From contig CAVYKI010000009.1 of assembly GCA_963769025.1 (NCBI GenBank), positions 512,001 to 576,000 of the forward strand: DNA of 64,000 nucleotides. Direction: 5' to 3'. This document shows positions 20,286 through 30,875 of this stretch, piece by piece. The position numbers and the translations under genes are program-made. The notes beneath the pieces were generated by a model, which was given only the letters and a program-made list of their open reading frames with translations, ran no database searches and was not told the origin of the DNA. Source of the DNA: an uncultured Verrucomicrobiae bacterium (lineage in GTDB: Bacteria; Verrucomicrobiota; Verrucomicrobiia; Chthoniobacterales; Chthoniobacteraceae). The first letter of the stretch is position 1; every line of letters starts with the position of its first letter.

Positions 20286-21450
20286 TCAATCCCCGAAACG
20301 CTTCCGCAGCCGTGCGAGCTGCGCGGCCAAGTTTCCGGATCCGTTCGTCGCCTCCGCCGGTGCAGGTGCGCCGTCCGGCTTGATGATGCCTTTCCTCGCA
20401 CCTCCCGAACCGCCGTAGCTCGTCGCCGCCGACGTGAGCTGCATGTCGTCCGCGAGCGAGCGGTGCGGCGTGACTCCGAGCGATTGCAGCACGCCGTGGT
20501 AAGCCTTCACCGCCTCCTCCGGCGTGATCGCGCCTTCCACGATGCGGCGCAGGAATTCGATGAACGCCAGCGGGTTTTCCGCGTTGTTGATCTTGCGTCC
20601 GTAGAGCGCCACGCGCGCGCCGTGCTTCTGCGCATCGGCGATGAGCTTGAACGCATCGTAGGTCGTCCCCGCGCTGCCGCCGAGGATGCCGACGATGAGC
20701 TGCGGGTCGTAGGCGACGAGTTCCTCCATCGCCTTCGGCCCGCGCCACGCGATTTTCAAAAAGAGCGGGCGTCCCTTTCGCCGTCACGCCGGCGAGGCTG
20801 CGGATGATGTGGTCGTTGATGAACCCGTCGAGCTTCTCCGGCGGCAGGCCCGTGTCCACATTCGGGTCGAAGACCTCGAGGAAGTAGCGGAAGTTCTTCC
20901 GCTCCGCCTCCTCGCGGAATTCCTTGAATGCGCGCAGCGTCTCGTAGTCGCGCTCGAAGTTGTTCGTGAACGTCACCGAGTAAAGCCCGAGGTCCGCGCC
21001 GATGACCGGCGCATCGGGAGCGCAGTCCACCGTGCCGCACTTGATGTGATCCAGCGTCGCGCTGCGGAACGGCCGCGATGGTTGCTGGATGTAGCTCGCG
21101 CCGCGGATCACCCAGATGTCCGTCGCGTCGTTCGCGCGCGCCGCCGGCGTGATGTGCGAATCCTCAAACATCCGCTCGCGCATCGCGAGCTGCTCCACGT
21201 TCGACGCCGACATGAGCATGATGTCCACGAGCCCCTGGCGCACGACGCTGCGGATCTGCTCGCGGTATTCCTCCAGCGTCTTCCAGTGCATCTCCGACTT
21301 CAGCACGCGCTCCGGATTTTGCGGCCTCTTCTGCCCCGGCGCCGTGATGCCAAACGCCATGTCCGCATCCTTCGCATCCGCGATGATGAACGCCTTGCTC
21401 CCGGAGGGATTCTTGCGGATGTCGGCAATCTTTGCGTCGAGGGACTTCAT
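20286..21450 (-). CDS. Uncharacterised class I aldolase/TIM-barrel-like protein, frameshift near 20770
   Basis: ORFs 20149-21450 and 20286-20759 join; FLEVF, LKI, GILGG, ALYGRKI. Confidence 0.6.
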
Positions 21451-21486
21451 GGAGCGGGGGACAATAGACGTGTCACGTCCTGCGAA

Positions 21487-21927
21487 TCAATCGCGGTGGT
21501 AGGGCGTGCCGGCGTTGATGCAGCGGGCGCGGTAGAGCTGTTCGAGAAGGACGACGAGCGCGAGTTCGTGCTGGAGGGTGAGGGGGCTGAGCGACCAGCA
21601 CCAGTCGGCGGCGCGGCGGAGTTCGTCGCTGTGGCCGTCGGCTCCACCGATGAGGAAGGCGACGGACTTGGTGCGGTGGAGTTCCCAGTCGGAAAGTTTG
21701 CGGGCGAGTTCGCGGGAGGTGACTTGCTTGCCGTGCTCGTCGAGGATGACGCGGAGCATTCCTTCGCTGCGGGCGAGCAGGGCTTTGCTTTCCTCGTCGC
21801 GCGTGGAGGCGCGCAGGGATTCGAGTTCGACGCCATTCTTCGCGGGGAAGCGCGCGAGGTATTCGGCGACGCCGGCCTTTGCGAATGCGAGGCGCGGCTT
21901 GCCGATGGCGAGGACGTGCAGGCGCAT
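21487..21927 (-). CDS. rlmH: 23S rRNA pseudouridine-1915 methyltransferase
   Basis: LDEHGK, FLIGGADG, HELALVVLLEQLYRA, PYHRD. Confidence 0.95.
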   Translation of the reverse strand: MRLHVLAIGKPRLAFAKAGVAEYLARFPAKNGVELESLRASTRDEESKALLARSEGMLRVILDEHGKQVTSRELARKLSDWELHRTKSVAFLIGGADGHSDELRRAADWCWSLSPLTLQHELALVVLLEQLYRARCINAGTPYHRD

Positions 21928-21930
21928 TGC

Positions 21931-23826
21931 CTAGACTGGCGCGAAGTCGATCATCCGGCGCGCGGGATCCACGCGGCAGACGATCACTTTCAGCGTGTCA
22001 CCCATTTTGAAGACGCGCTTCGAGCGGCGGTTTTCAAAGGAAGAGCGCGCGCGGTCGTAGGTGTACGGGCCGCCGGGCAGCGACTCGACGGCGATGAGAC
22101 CGGTGGTGTCGGCGTCGGGCAACTCGACGGTGAGGCCGTGCGGGCGAGTGTCGGTGACGATGGCGCGGAACTCGTCGGGCTTTTCCGAATCGAGCTGGCG
22201 CTGGAAGAATTCGAGCTTCTTCACGATGCGGCTTTCCATTTCCGCGGCGGCCGATGCGCGCTCGGTGTCGGAGAGATGCTGCGCGATCTCGGCGAGTTCC
22301 TTGCGTCCGGGGCCGCGTTCGCGGGCGAGGACGCGGTGCGCGATGAGGTCGGCATAGCGGCGGATGGGGCTGGTGAAATGGAGGTAGTTGGCCTTGTGCA
22401 GGCCGTAGTGTCCGAGCGGGTCGGGGCTGTATTGGGCGCGGCGCAGGCTCTTGAGGAATTCGATCTTCAGGCGGAATTCATCCGCGCGTCCGTGCAGGAG
22501 CGTGAGCATGCGCATGACTTCCTTGCGCTGCGTGAGGTCGCCGAGGCGCAGGCCGGCCATCGCGGCGTTCTTGCGGAATTCATTCAGCCGATCCGGGTCG
22601 GGCTTTTCGTGGATGCGATAAATGCACGGCACGTTGCGATTCTTGGTTTCGCGTCCGACGGCCTCGTTTGCGAGCAGCATGAATTCCTCGACGAGCTGGT
22701 GGGATTCGTCGTTCACGATTCGCTCCAGGCGGTCGGCCCGGCCTTCGGCGTCGAGCCAGATTTTGATCTCGGGAAAGTCGAGCTCCAGCGAGCCGGAGGC
22801 GAAGCGGTGCTTGCGGACGAGCGATGCGAGTTCCCACGAACGGCGCACGGCATTGCCGACATCGGGTGCGAAGCCGGTGACATTTTCACCGCGGATCATC
22901 GCCATCGCCTGCCGGTACGTGAGGCGCGCGTGGACTTGGATGACGGTCTTCGCAAAGCGGACCTTGGTGACTTTTCCCTGCGCGTTCAGCTCGATGAAGA
23001 CAGAGTGTGCGAGGCGGGGAATGCCGGCGCGCAGCGAGCACAAGTCCGCGCTGAGGCGGAAGGGGAGCATCGGGATGGTGCGGTCTGCTAGGTAGGTGGA
23101 GTTCGCGCGGTGGCGGGCCTCCTTGTCGAGCGCGCTGCCGGGGCGGACGTAGTGCGCGACATCGGCGATGTGGACGGTGACCTGCCAGCCGTGCGCGGTG
23201 CGCTCGACGGAGATCGCGTCGTCGTGATCCTTTGCGTCGTCGGGATCGATGGTGAGGACAAACTGGCCACGGCAGTCTTCGCGTTGCGCGATCTCGGCGT
23301 CGGAAATGTCGTCGGGAACCTCGGCGGCTTCGCGTTCGCAGGCTTCGGGAAATTCCGAGGGCAGGTCGTGGCCGCGGATGACGGAGAGCATGTCCACGCC
23401 CTTTGCGCTGGCGGGGCCGAGCACCTCGACGATGTGGCCAGTCGGCAGCGCGCCCTCGTCGAGCCATTTTTCCATCTTGAGGATGACCTTGTCGCCGACG
23501 TGCGGAGGATGCGGCAGCGCCTTTCCGCCGGAGCGGACGAGGAAGACGTGCGGGTTGCGCGGGTCGTCGGGGATGACGACCGCCTGGTTGTGCTGGCGCT
23601 GGTAGAGGCCGACGACGGTGTCGCGCTCACGCTCGATGACGCGGGTGACGCGGACCTGCTCGCCCTGCGTCGGCACGGCCTCGACGGTGTCGCCGTGGAG
23701 GGCGGTGCCGGTCGAGCCGTCGGAGACCCACGCGATGAGCTTGTCGTCCGCGCCGATGAGCCGCGCGCCGCCCTTGATGTTGAAGAGCAGCTTTCCTTTG
23801 AGTGCCGGGCGTTTCCCTTTCATCAC
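21931..23826 (-). CDS. rnr: Ribonuclease R / RNB family
   Basis: TIDPDDAKDHDDA, HIADV, EEFMLLAN, HFTSPIRRYADL, S1-like C-terminus. Confidence 0.93.
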   Translation of the reverse strand: MMKGKRPALKGKLLFNIKGGARLIGADDKLIAWVSDGSTGTALHGDTVEAVPTQGEQVRVTRVIERERDTVVGLYQRQHNQAVVIPDDPRNPHVFLVRSGGKALPHPPHVGDKVILKMEKWLDEGALPTGHIVEVLGPASAKGVDMLSVIRGHDLPSEFPEACEREAAEVPDDISDAEIAQREDCRGQFVLTIDPDDAKDHDDAISVERTAHGWQVTVHIADVAHYVRPGSALDKEARHRANSTYLADRTIPMLPFRLSADLCSLRAGIPRLAHSVFIELNAQGKVTKVRFAKTVIQVHARLTYRQAMAMIRGENVTGFAPDVGNAVRRSWELASLVRKHRFASGSLELDFPEIKIWLDAEGRADRLERIVNDESHQLVEEFMLLANEAVGRETKNRNVPCIYRIHEKPDPDRLNEFRKNAAMAGLRLGDLTQRKEVMRMLTLLHGRADEFRLKIEFLKSLRRAQYSPDPLGHYGLHKANYLHFTSPIRRYADLIAHRVLARERGPGRKELAEIAQHLSDTERASAAAEMESRIVKKLEFFQRQLDSEKPDEFRAIVTDTRPHGLTVELPDADTTGLIAVESLPGGPYTYDRARSSFENRRSKRVFKMGDTLKVIVCRVDPARRMIDFAPV

Positions 23827-24467
23827 GCGCGGGCCTTCCGTGCGTTGGCGACGAATTCGGCGGCGCGCGCGCTCAGCCGGGTCCAGTCGGAGGATTCGAG
23901 GATGTCGCGCGAGAGCAGCGTGGAGCCGGCGCCGACAGCGGCGCAGCCCGCGGCGAGATAGTCGCCGGCATTTTGCGGCGTGACGCCGCCGGTGGGAATG
24001 AGTTGGAGCATGGGAAGGGGAGCGAGGATGGATTTGATGTAGGCGACGCCGAGTTGCTCGGCCGGGAAAATTTTGACGAAGTCCGAGCCGAGTTCGTGCG
24101 CGGTGAGCGCCTCGGTGGGAGTCATCGCGCCGGTGGCCACGGGGACGCCGTAGCGGTTGCAGATTTCGATCACCGCGGGCCGCACGACTGGGGTGACGAC
24201 GAACTGCGCACCAGCGAGCATCGCCTGCCGCGCAGTCTCCGAATCGAGCACGCTGCCGACGCCCATGACGATCTTATCCCCGAGCGCCGCGCGCGCCTGG
24301 CTGATGACCTGCAGCGCTGCGGGCGTGGTCATCGTGACTTCGATCGCGTGGATTCCGCCGGCGACGATCGCTTGGATGGCGTCCGGCAGTTTTTCCGCAT
24401 CATCTGTGCGCAGAATGGCGATGACGCCAGGATCCACGAGCCTCCGGAGGAGGTCCAATTTCTTCAT
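23823..24467 (-). CDS. eda: KDPG/KHG aldolase
   Basis: IEVTMTTP, GAQFVVTP, TPTEA, VKIFPA, PTGGV. Confidence 0.93.
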   Translation of the reverse strand: MKKLDLLRRLVDPGVIAILRTDDAEKLPDAIQAIVAGGIHAIEVTMTTPAALQVISQARAALGDKIVMGVGSVLDSETARQAMLAGAQFVVTPVVRPAVIEICNRYGVPVATGAMTPTEALTAHELGSDFVKIFPAEQLGVAYIKSILAPLPMLQLIPTGGVTPQNAGDYLAAGCAAVGAGSTLLSRDILESSDWTRLSARAAEFVANARKARA

Positions 24468-24515
24468 CGCGACAGTATGCACGTGCCGGGGGGCGGCATG
24501 GCAAGCTTCCAGCGC

Positions 24516-26390
24516 CTAGCGCTTGCGCAGTTGCCCCGTGATGACTGACTTCAGAGCCTTGAGTGCGATTTCCTGGACGATGAACGGTTTCGAGATGAAC
24601 TCGTTGCCGCCGCGCAGGGAAGACTTCACGCGATTCTCGAGCGAGGTGTCTCCGGTGACGAAGAAAATCGGCGTCTCCGCATGGAGCGACATGGTGCGGA
24701 TGTGCGAGCAAAGCTCGAAACCATTGAGCTCCGGCAGATGCACATCGAGGATGATCAGGTCGTAGCTGTTTGCCGCGAGTTCGGCGACCGCGGCGCTCGA
24801 ATACAGCGCGAAATTGGAATGAAGCCCGACGAGTTTCAACGCCTCGACCACCATCGCGCATGTGTTCTGGTCATCGTCCACCACATAGACGCGGGTCTCG
24901 CCGAGCTTGACGCAATCTTCAATCCCGGGGTCGGACAGAAGAAGGGAGATGAACTCGATGGTCTGGTGGAGCGTCCGGAGGCTCGCCTGCGTGATTTGGT
25001 CCGGCACCTCCAACAGATCGCCCAGCAGGCTCGCAAATGCCGTCGATGCCCGGTGCAAAATCGGACGGCCGTTTTCCAGCGCGAGTTCGGAAATCTTCAG
25101 CGCGTAGGTCTCGAGTTCGCCAAGGATGCCGATCTGCTTCTGGTCGCGGCTGAAGGTCTGGTAGCAACGGCGCATGGCCATGATTTCGTCCCGACCAGGA
25201 CCCGCTTCCTGCACGGGCCCGGGGCGGTTTTCAAACGAAGCGCCTGCGGACGGGACGGGGCGGCCCGCGAGCTTCGCCTGGAGTCGCGCCTCGGCAAGGC
25301 TTGCGCTGAGATTCCGGATGTCCCGATGCGCATTTTCGAGCTGGGCGGACAGGTCGATCATGTCGAGGCGGCGCTTTTCAAAATGCACCTCCATCTGGCC
25401 TCTGTCGGTCAGCCTGTCGTTGTTCTCGGTGAGCGCCTGCCTGAGGCGGGCGACCTCGGCGGATCGCTCGTCGAGCTGGGCTTCGAGGGCGATCGTGTTC
25501 GCGGAAAGCTGCTCCTTGATGGCATCGCGGTCACGGATGATCGCGTCGATCTGTTTCTGTGCCGCGACGAGGGAGGCGCGCGCCTCATCGAGAGCCGAAG
25601 GTGCGTTGTGCGAATCTTCGCGCAGGTCTTGGCAGCGCTTTTCGGCGGTTTCCCGCGCGTATGTGGCCTCCGCGGCCTCATCCTCGAGTTCGCCGATGCG
25701 TTTCTTCAGGCCCATGATCTGCGTTGCCATCCCGTCGCGGGCCTGACGCAGCGCTGCGAGCTGCTCGCCGGGTTCGCCATCGCCCTTCTTCTTCGTGGAA
25801 GTGAGTGCCTGACGCGCCTCGGCGAGGGCCTTTTGCGCGTCGGCGAAATTCTTCGTGGCGAGAGCGGCCTTCTCGACGGCTGCGTCGCGTTCCTGCTTGG
25901 AAAGATCGCGCTGCCGGATGGCCGCGTCCCGTTGTCGCTGGGATTCCTCGCGTTTTTGATCCGATTCTTCGGCGAGCCGTCGCGACTGCTTGCTTTCCCG
26001 CAGTGCCGCGTCGCGTTCCGCGATGGCCTCGTGCAGGTCGGATTCGGCAGACCTGAGACGATGCTTGAGATCGGAAATTTGCGGACCGTATTGCGATTGC
26101 TGCTCGAGCAGCATGTCCCTCTCACGGGCGAGCGCCTTTACCGGCGCGCCGGATTCGAGCTGTTCCTGAAGGGAGAGGACTTTTCCGCGCAGTTGCTCGC
26201 GCTCCTCCTCCGCCTGCCGCTGGCGCCGGCGGGCATCGCTGGCGGCGGCTTGCATTTTCTCGATCAGGTCGCGGATTTCCCGCGTCGGGTCGCGATCCTG
26301 CGTGATGAGGTTCTGAGGCAGGGGTGCGACGGGTTCCTGCTCATCGCCCGGGCCGGGAAATTCAGTAATCTTGTGTGACGCTTGGGGCAT
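24516..26390 (-). CDS. Response regulator with long N-terminal coiled coil
   Basis: About 370 aa of coiled coil, then REC motifs VVDDD, LDVHLPELNG, FVTG, SKPF. Confidence 0.85.
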   Translation of the reverse strand: MPQASHKITEFPGPGDEQEPVAPLPQNLITQDRDPTREIRDLIEKMQAAASDARRRQRQAEEEREQLRGKVLSLQEQLESGAPVKALARERDMLLEQQSQYGPQISDLKHRLRSAESDLHEAIAERDAALRESKQSRRLAEESDQKREESQRQRDAAIRQRDLSKQERDAAVEKAALATKNFADAQKALAEARQALTSTKKKGDGEPGEQLAALRQARDGMATQIMGLKKRIGELEDEAAEATYARETAEKRCQDLREDSHNAPSALDEARASLVAAQKQIDAIIRDRDAIKEQLSANTIALEAQLDERSAEVARLRQALTENNDRLTDRGQMEVHFEKRRLDMIDLSAQLENAHRDIRNLSASLAEARLQAKLAGRPVPSAGASFENRPGPVQEAGPGRDEIMAMRRCYQTFSRDQKQIGILGELETYALKISELALENGRPILHRASTAFASLLGDLLEVPDQITQASLRTLHQTIEFISLLLSDPGIEDCVKLGETRVYVVDDDQNTCAMVVEALKLVGLHSNFALYSSAAVAELAANSYDLIILDVHLPELNGFELCSHIRTMSLHAETPIFFVTGDTSLENRVKSSLRGGNEFISKPFIVQEIALKALKSVITGQLRKR

Positions 26391-26472
26391 GAATGGCCGG
26401 TGACCGTTTTTCGCGGACGCCCGGCCAAACTTTATTAGCAAAGCACGTGCCCGAATGGGTGCCGTGTTCGGG

Positions 26473-26865
26473 TCAGGAAACCCCGGCCACCTGAAAGCCA
26501 ATTTTCTCAAGAAATGCGCGTATTTTCGCCGCCTGGTCGCCCTGCATTTCGATGGTGCGATCCCGGAGCGTCCCGCCTGTGCCGATGGCGTGGCGCAAAT
26601 CCCTCGCGAGGTCCTCCAGAGCGGGTTTCGTCATCGCCGGCGGAAAATCATGGATCACGATCACCGTCCGTCCGCCGCGATGGGCGGTCTCGCGGCGAAG
26701 GACCACGCGACCAAGCTTCTTTGGCTTTTGCGGTACCGCGGGCGCGGGTTTCGCCGGTGCGGGCGGCAATGGACCGAGGTCCATGCCCGACAAGGCCTGC
26801 CCCAATCCTGCCAGACCCTGCTGCTGCGGGTTCACGTCGACGCGGTTAGGCTTTTCTGGGCGCAT
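26473..26865 (-). CDS. yciH: SUI1/YciH translation-initiation-factor family
   Basis: RRETAHRGGRTV, GTGGT, IEMQGD. Confidence 0.85.
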   Translation of the reverse strand: MRPEKPNRVDVNPQQQGLAGLGQALSGMDLGPLPPAPAKPAPAVPQKPKKLGRVVLRRETAHRGGRTVIVIHDFPPAMTKPALEDLARDLRHAIGTGGTLRDRTIEMQGDQAAKIRAFLEKIGFQVAGVS

Positions 26866-26946
26866 GGTGTGCTCCAGAGTTTGGCTGCCAAATGGTCAAT
26901 TTACAATTCAAGAAACGCTCCTAGAGTGCGAATCACATCAGCGCCC

Positions 26947-27711
26947 ATGACACACCTCTCCCTCATCGCCGTCGCGCTTGCTGCGTTGTTTTCACCGGCG
27001 AGTTCTGTGCTGGCGGACGTGGTGCAAAAGCCGGCCCCGCTCGGGGCGGAACTGACGAAAAAGGCGCCGTTCTCGATGGCCGGGCAGCTCATTTTTCGCA
27101 GCGGAGCGTCGTATTATGAGGGAAGCGGCACCGTCGTCTATTCGCGGAGCGTCCTCACCGCGGCGCACAATCTGTGGGATCCGGTCAATGGCTGGAGCAC
27201 GGACATGCGGTTCAACCGCGCCCGGAACGGCACGAGCAGCGTCTCCCGGCAGTCGCCCAGCAGGATGTATGTCTTCGGGACCTATCGGACTGCGGCCGCA
27301 CGCTATGGCATGGATTCGGTGCGTTCATTCGCGAGTGATTTGGGCGGGCTGCGCTTCAATGTGGCGCCCGCTGCCGGTGCGTATGCCGGCTGGAAGGCCG
27401 ACACCCGCCTGCTCGGCGCGGGCGTCCCGGTCTTGTGCCTGGGTTATGGCGGCGAATTTCACGGAGGCGATGAGCTGCTGGCCGTCCGTTCGTCGGGCGG
27501 CTTCACGCCTGTGCTTGGGGCATTCATGGAAAGCACGGGCCTGACTTTCGAGGCGGGCATGAGCGGCGGGCCGATATTCTCCGAAGTGGCCCCGGATGAT
27601 TTGCGCGTGGTCGGCATCGTCGTTGCCGGGTCGGATGATCCGCCGGCTGGCGGCATCCATGCACTGGATGCGGCGGGCGGCGGCTTCGTCGCCACCTACC
27701 TGCGCTACTGA
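26947..27711 (+). CDS. Secreted trypsin-like serine protease
   Basis: Signal peptide, VLTAAHN, SDLG, GMSGGP. Confidence 0.85.
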   Translation: MTHLSLIAVALAALFSPASSVLADVVQKPAPLGAELTKKAPFSMAGQLIFRSGASYYEGSGTVVYSRSVLTAAHNLWDPVNGWSTDMRFNRARNGTSSVSRQSPSRMYVFGTYRTAAARYGMDSVRSFASDLGGLRFNVAPAAGAYAGWKADTRLLGAGVPVLCLGYGGEFHGGDELLAVRSSGGFTPVLGAFMESTGLTFEAGMSGGPIFSEVAPDDLRVVGIVVAGSDDPPAGGIHALDAAGGGFVATYLRY

Positions 27712-27756
27712 CCGGCAAACGGGACGACCTCGTGCGAAACGCCCGGGTTTTCACCT

Positions 27757-28842
27757 TTGTCGCGGTCGTACCTGCTGCTTGCCGCTGCGGGATATCTTGC
27801 CGGAAGGCATTTCCGAAAAGCGAGCGAACCCGCGAGATCCGCAGCGGGCATGGCGCCCCTCGGCTATGCCGGGCCCGGCGCATTTGAGGGCGAGAAGCGG
27901 GATGATTCTCCGGCGGGACTCCTAGCGAGAGTTTTCGACCGTCTCCGCTCTGGCAACCTCCAGCCCGGCGACCTTGCGGCACTGCGAAGACTGCTTCTCG
28001 CCGCCGATCCGCACGAGGCGATGAAGGCGATTCTGTCCTTCCTCGCGACCGGGCAGGATGCGCGGACTGGCGAGAGTTTCGGGATTCAGAAGGGCGGGGG
28101 ACTCGGCGGTGCGCCGACCTTCCGCGTGATGCTCCTCGACCTGCTCGGACGCATCGCGCGCGACGCCGGCACGGATGATGCCGCGACCTATTCCCGCGCG
28201 CTGCTCACCCGGAAGACCTCGGCAGATGAGTGGTCCATCGCCTTGCGAAACGTCGCCTGGAATGCGCCCGATGATCGCGCATTTCTCACCACTAAAATGC
28301 GCGAGATGCTCGACTACCAGCCTTGGCGCCTACAGCCGAGCGCGGGCTATCTGGAAGCATTCGACGTGATCGTTTTCACGAAGAACGCGGCCTTCACTTC
28401 GGATCTGTCGGCGATGGTGAGCAGCGAGGATGACTCCCTCAAACGCGCAGCCGCCGCAGCGATGGATCGCCTGAGCGAAATGGCTCCGCTCGACGTGATG
28501 AACTACCTGAACGGGCATCCCGCGGAATTTGCCGACCGGCCCTTTTTGCGCGCGGACTACTATTCAAAGGCGGACCTCTCGCATTTTCAGCAACGGCAGG
28601 CGGTCGAGGCGTACCTCGCGAGGGCGGATGTCACCGCGGCGGAAAAGGACAAGCTGCTCGCGGTCTTCGCGAACCCCGGCACCTTTGTCGGCGACACGCT
28701 CGTCACGGAACCGGCCGCCGCGGACGATCCGCCGCAGCGCACCGCCGGCCTGCGCGCCGCGGTCGGCGACTGGCTGAAGGGAAACCGCTTTCCCGATCTC
28801 ACAGGCTCGCTCACGCAACTCCAGCAGCGCCTCGCGGAGTAG
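27757..28842 (+). CDS. Hypothetical membrane-anchored helical protein
   Basis: 361-aa ORF with N-terminal hydrophobic stretch. Confidence 0.7.
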   Translation: MSRSYLLLAAAGYLAGRHFRKASEPARSAAGMAPLGYAGPGAFEGEKRDDSPAGLLARVFDRLRSGNLQPGDLAALRRLLLAADPHEAMKAILSFLATGQDARTGESFGIQKGGGLGGAPTFRVMLLDLLGRIARDAGTDDAATYSRALLTRKTSADEWSIALRNVAWNAPDDRAFLTTKMREMLDYQPWRLQPSAGYLEAFDVIVFTKNAAFTSDLSAMVSSEDDSLKRAAAAAMDRLSEMAPLDVMNYLNGHPAEFADRPFLRADYYSKADLSHFQQRQAVEAYLARADVTAAEKDKLLAVFANPGTFVGDTLVTEPAAADDPPQRTAGLRAAVGDWLKGNRFPDLTGSLTQLQQRLAE

Positions 28843-28847
28843 CGCGC

Positions 28848-29207
28848 TCAGCGTTCGCGGCGGATGCGCACGCCGGTGAATTCCGCATCCGGCAGGACAA
28901 ATTTCCGGACTTCCACCTCGACCGCGGCGACGGCGAAATGACGCAGCACGAGCGCGGCGATTTCCTCCGCGAGTGTCTCGACCAGCGTGCGTTCGCCTGC
29001 GCCTGCGTGGGCTTTCACTTCCTCCGCCACGGCGGCGTAATCCACGGTCCGCGAGAGCCGGTCGCGCAGTTCCCCAAATCCATGGGTCGGCTCGATGACG
29101 ATGGATGCGAGCACGCGCTGCGGTTGGCTGCGCTCCGCTTCCGTCGCGCCAATGCGCGTGGAAAGCTCCAGCCGTGAGATGAGGATTTGATCAGGTGGGC
29201 GCGGCAT
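28848..29207 (-). CDS. folB: Dihydroneopterin aldolase
   Basis: IGATEAER, TVDYA, LVETLAEEIA, VRK. Confidence 0.9.
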   Translation of the reverse strand: MPRPPDQILISRLELSTRIGATEAERSQPQRVLASIVIEPTHGFGELRDRLSRTVDYAAVAEEVKAHAGAGERTLVETLAEEIAALVLRHFAVAAVEVEVRKFVLPDAEFTGVRIRRER

Positions 29208-29256
29208 TGGCGTAAAAAATGCATCCCCGCGATGTCCGCGGCAATCGGCAATCGGC

Positions 29257-29613
29257 TCACCCGACCCGGAACCGCACGTCTCGCACAGCTCGGCCGAAGC
29301 GCTGCTTGAGCTTCGCGAGGATGTCGGCGCGCAGGGTGCGGTCCAGTTCGTAGAGCATGGAGGGCTGGAGCACGCGGACGTGCAGGATGCCTTCCACGAG
29401 GCGCTGCGGGCAGGAGTGCTGCGAAATGAATGCGCCCACGATGTCCTCCCAAGCGCGCAGGATTTCCTCCTCGCGCACGCGTTTCTCGAGGCCGAGCTGC
29501 GCGATGACCTTTTCAAGGACGCCGCCGATGGGCTTCCAGTTCTCCTGCGGGAATGGCCGCTCGGGCAGCCCGCGCCAGTCAGCAATGACTTTGGAGCGCA
29601 GTTGCGGATTCAT
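29257..29613 (-). CDS. DUF721/DciA-family protein
   Basis: WEDIVGAFISQHSCP, ILHVRV, DVRFRVG. Confidence 0.85.
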   Translation of the reverse strand: MNPQLRSKVIADWRGLPERPFPQENWKPIGGVLEKVIAQLGLEKRVREEEILRAWEDIVGAFISQHSCPQRLVEGILHVRVLQPSMLYELDRTLRADILAKLKQRFGRAVRDVRFRVG

Positions 29614-29687
29614 GCGGCGCAATGAGCACCCGAAACGGGCGCAGCGCACGCACTTTCCGCGTTCCGCATTCCGCGCTCCGCTTTTCC

Positions 29688-29921
29688 CTATTCGCCGTCG
29701 TTGCCGATGGCCTCGACCGGGCAGCCTTCCATGGCTTCCTTGCAGAGCTTCTCCTCGTCGGCGTTTTCCGGCTGTTTGAAGAGGAAGCTGTGGCCCCCGT
29801 CGTCGTTGCGCTTGAAATTCGCGGGCGCGGTTTCGCGGCAGAGGTCGCAGTCGATGCACTGATCGTCCACGTAGAATTTGCCACCTACATTTTCAGGATA
29901 CTTGTTCGCTTTGTCGGCCAT
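29688..29921 (-). CDS. Ferredoxin
   Basis: CIDCDLC ... CPVEAI. Confidence 0.93.
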   Translation of the reverse strand: MADKANKYPENVGGKFYVDDQCIDCDLCRETAPANFKRNDDGGHSFLFKQPENADEEKLCKEAMEGCPVEAIGNDGE

Positions 29922-30050
29922 GGTCAGATTTGGGCGGCGAAAGTAGCGACCCGCTCCCTTTCGGCAACGCATTTTTTTCCGGGAAGATTCCAGTGGTGAT
30001 TCCGCCCGCTCTTCGGATACTCACTTCAAGCTCACGATTTTCACTTTCCC

Positions 30051-30875
30051 ATGACCGACAAATCCGTTTCCAAACTAGTTTCCGCCGAGGGCTGGCATGT
30101 GCTGCACCTCTTTTACAAAGTCGAGCACGGCCAGTGGTCGATGCTCTCGCCGGAGGAAAAGCTCCGCGCGCGGACCAACCTCAGCGACCTCATCCAGGAA
30201 ATCCGCGGCACCGAGGGCTGCCAGTTGCTCACCTTCTCGATGGTCAGCCCGAAGGCCGACCTCGGCTTCATGATGCTCTGCGCGGACCTGCACGATGCGA
30301 ACCGTTTTGAGAAGCGCCTCACACTCTCGCTCGGGCCGGACGTGCTGTCGCCGACCTACAGCTTTTACTCGATGACCGAGCGCAGCGAATACACCACGAG
30401 CGAGGCGGAATACATCGCGCAGCTCGCCGCCGAAGGCCTTGCCCCGGGCACCCCGGCGCACGACACGAAGCTCGCCGAATGGCGCAACCGCATGGACCAC
30501 TACCTCCAGCACCGTCTATACCCGGTGCTCCCGCCGTGGGAGGCGATGTGCTTTTACCCGATGAGCAAGCGCCGCGGCACCGGCGACCAGAACTGGTACG
30601 CGCTCACGCACGAGCAGCGCAAGGAACTCATGGGCGGCCACGCAAAGGTGGGCCGCAAGTGGGCGGGGAAAATCCTCCAGCTCATCACCGGCTGCACGGG
30701 ACTCGATGACTGGGAATGGGGCGTCACGCTGCTTGCGCACGACCCGATGGACCTCAAGGGCATCGTCTATGAAATGCGCTTCGACGAAGTGACGCACCGC
30801 TTCGGTGAGTTCGGCGAATTCTACACCGGGCTGCAATTGCCGATGGATGAAATCTTCCGCCGCCTGATGCTGTGA
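30051..30875 (+). CDS. hemQ: Chlorite dismutase / coproheme decarboxylase (HemQ/ChdC) family
   Basis: FYPMSKRR, NWY, LMGGHAKVGR, GLDDWEWGV, YEMRFDE. Confidence 0.85.
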   Translation: MTDKSVSKLVSAEGWHVLHLFYKVEHGQWSMLSPEEKLRARTNLSDLIQEIRGTEGCQLLTFSMVSPKADLGFMMLCADLHDANRFEKRLTLSLGPDVLSPTYSFYSMTERSEYTTSEAEYIAQLAAEGLAPGTPAHDTKLAEWRNRMDHYLQHRLYPVLPPWEAMCFYPMSKRRGTGDQNWYALTHEQRKELMGGHAKVGRKWAGKILQLITGCTGLDDWEWGVTLLAHDPMDLKGIVYEMRFDEVTHRFGEFGEFYTGLQLPMDEIFRRLML

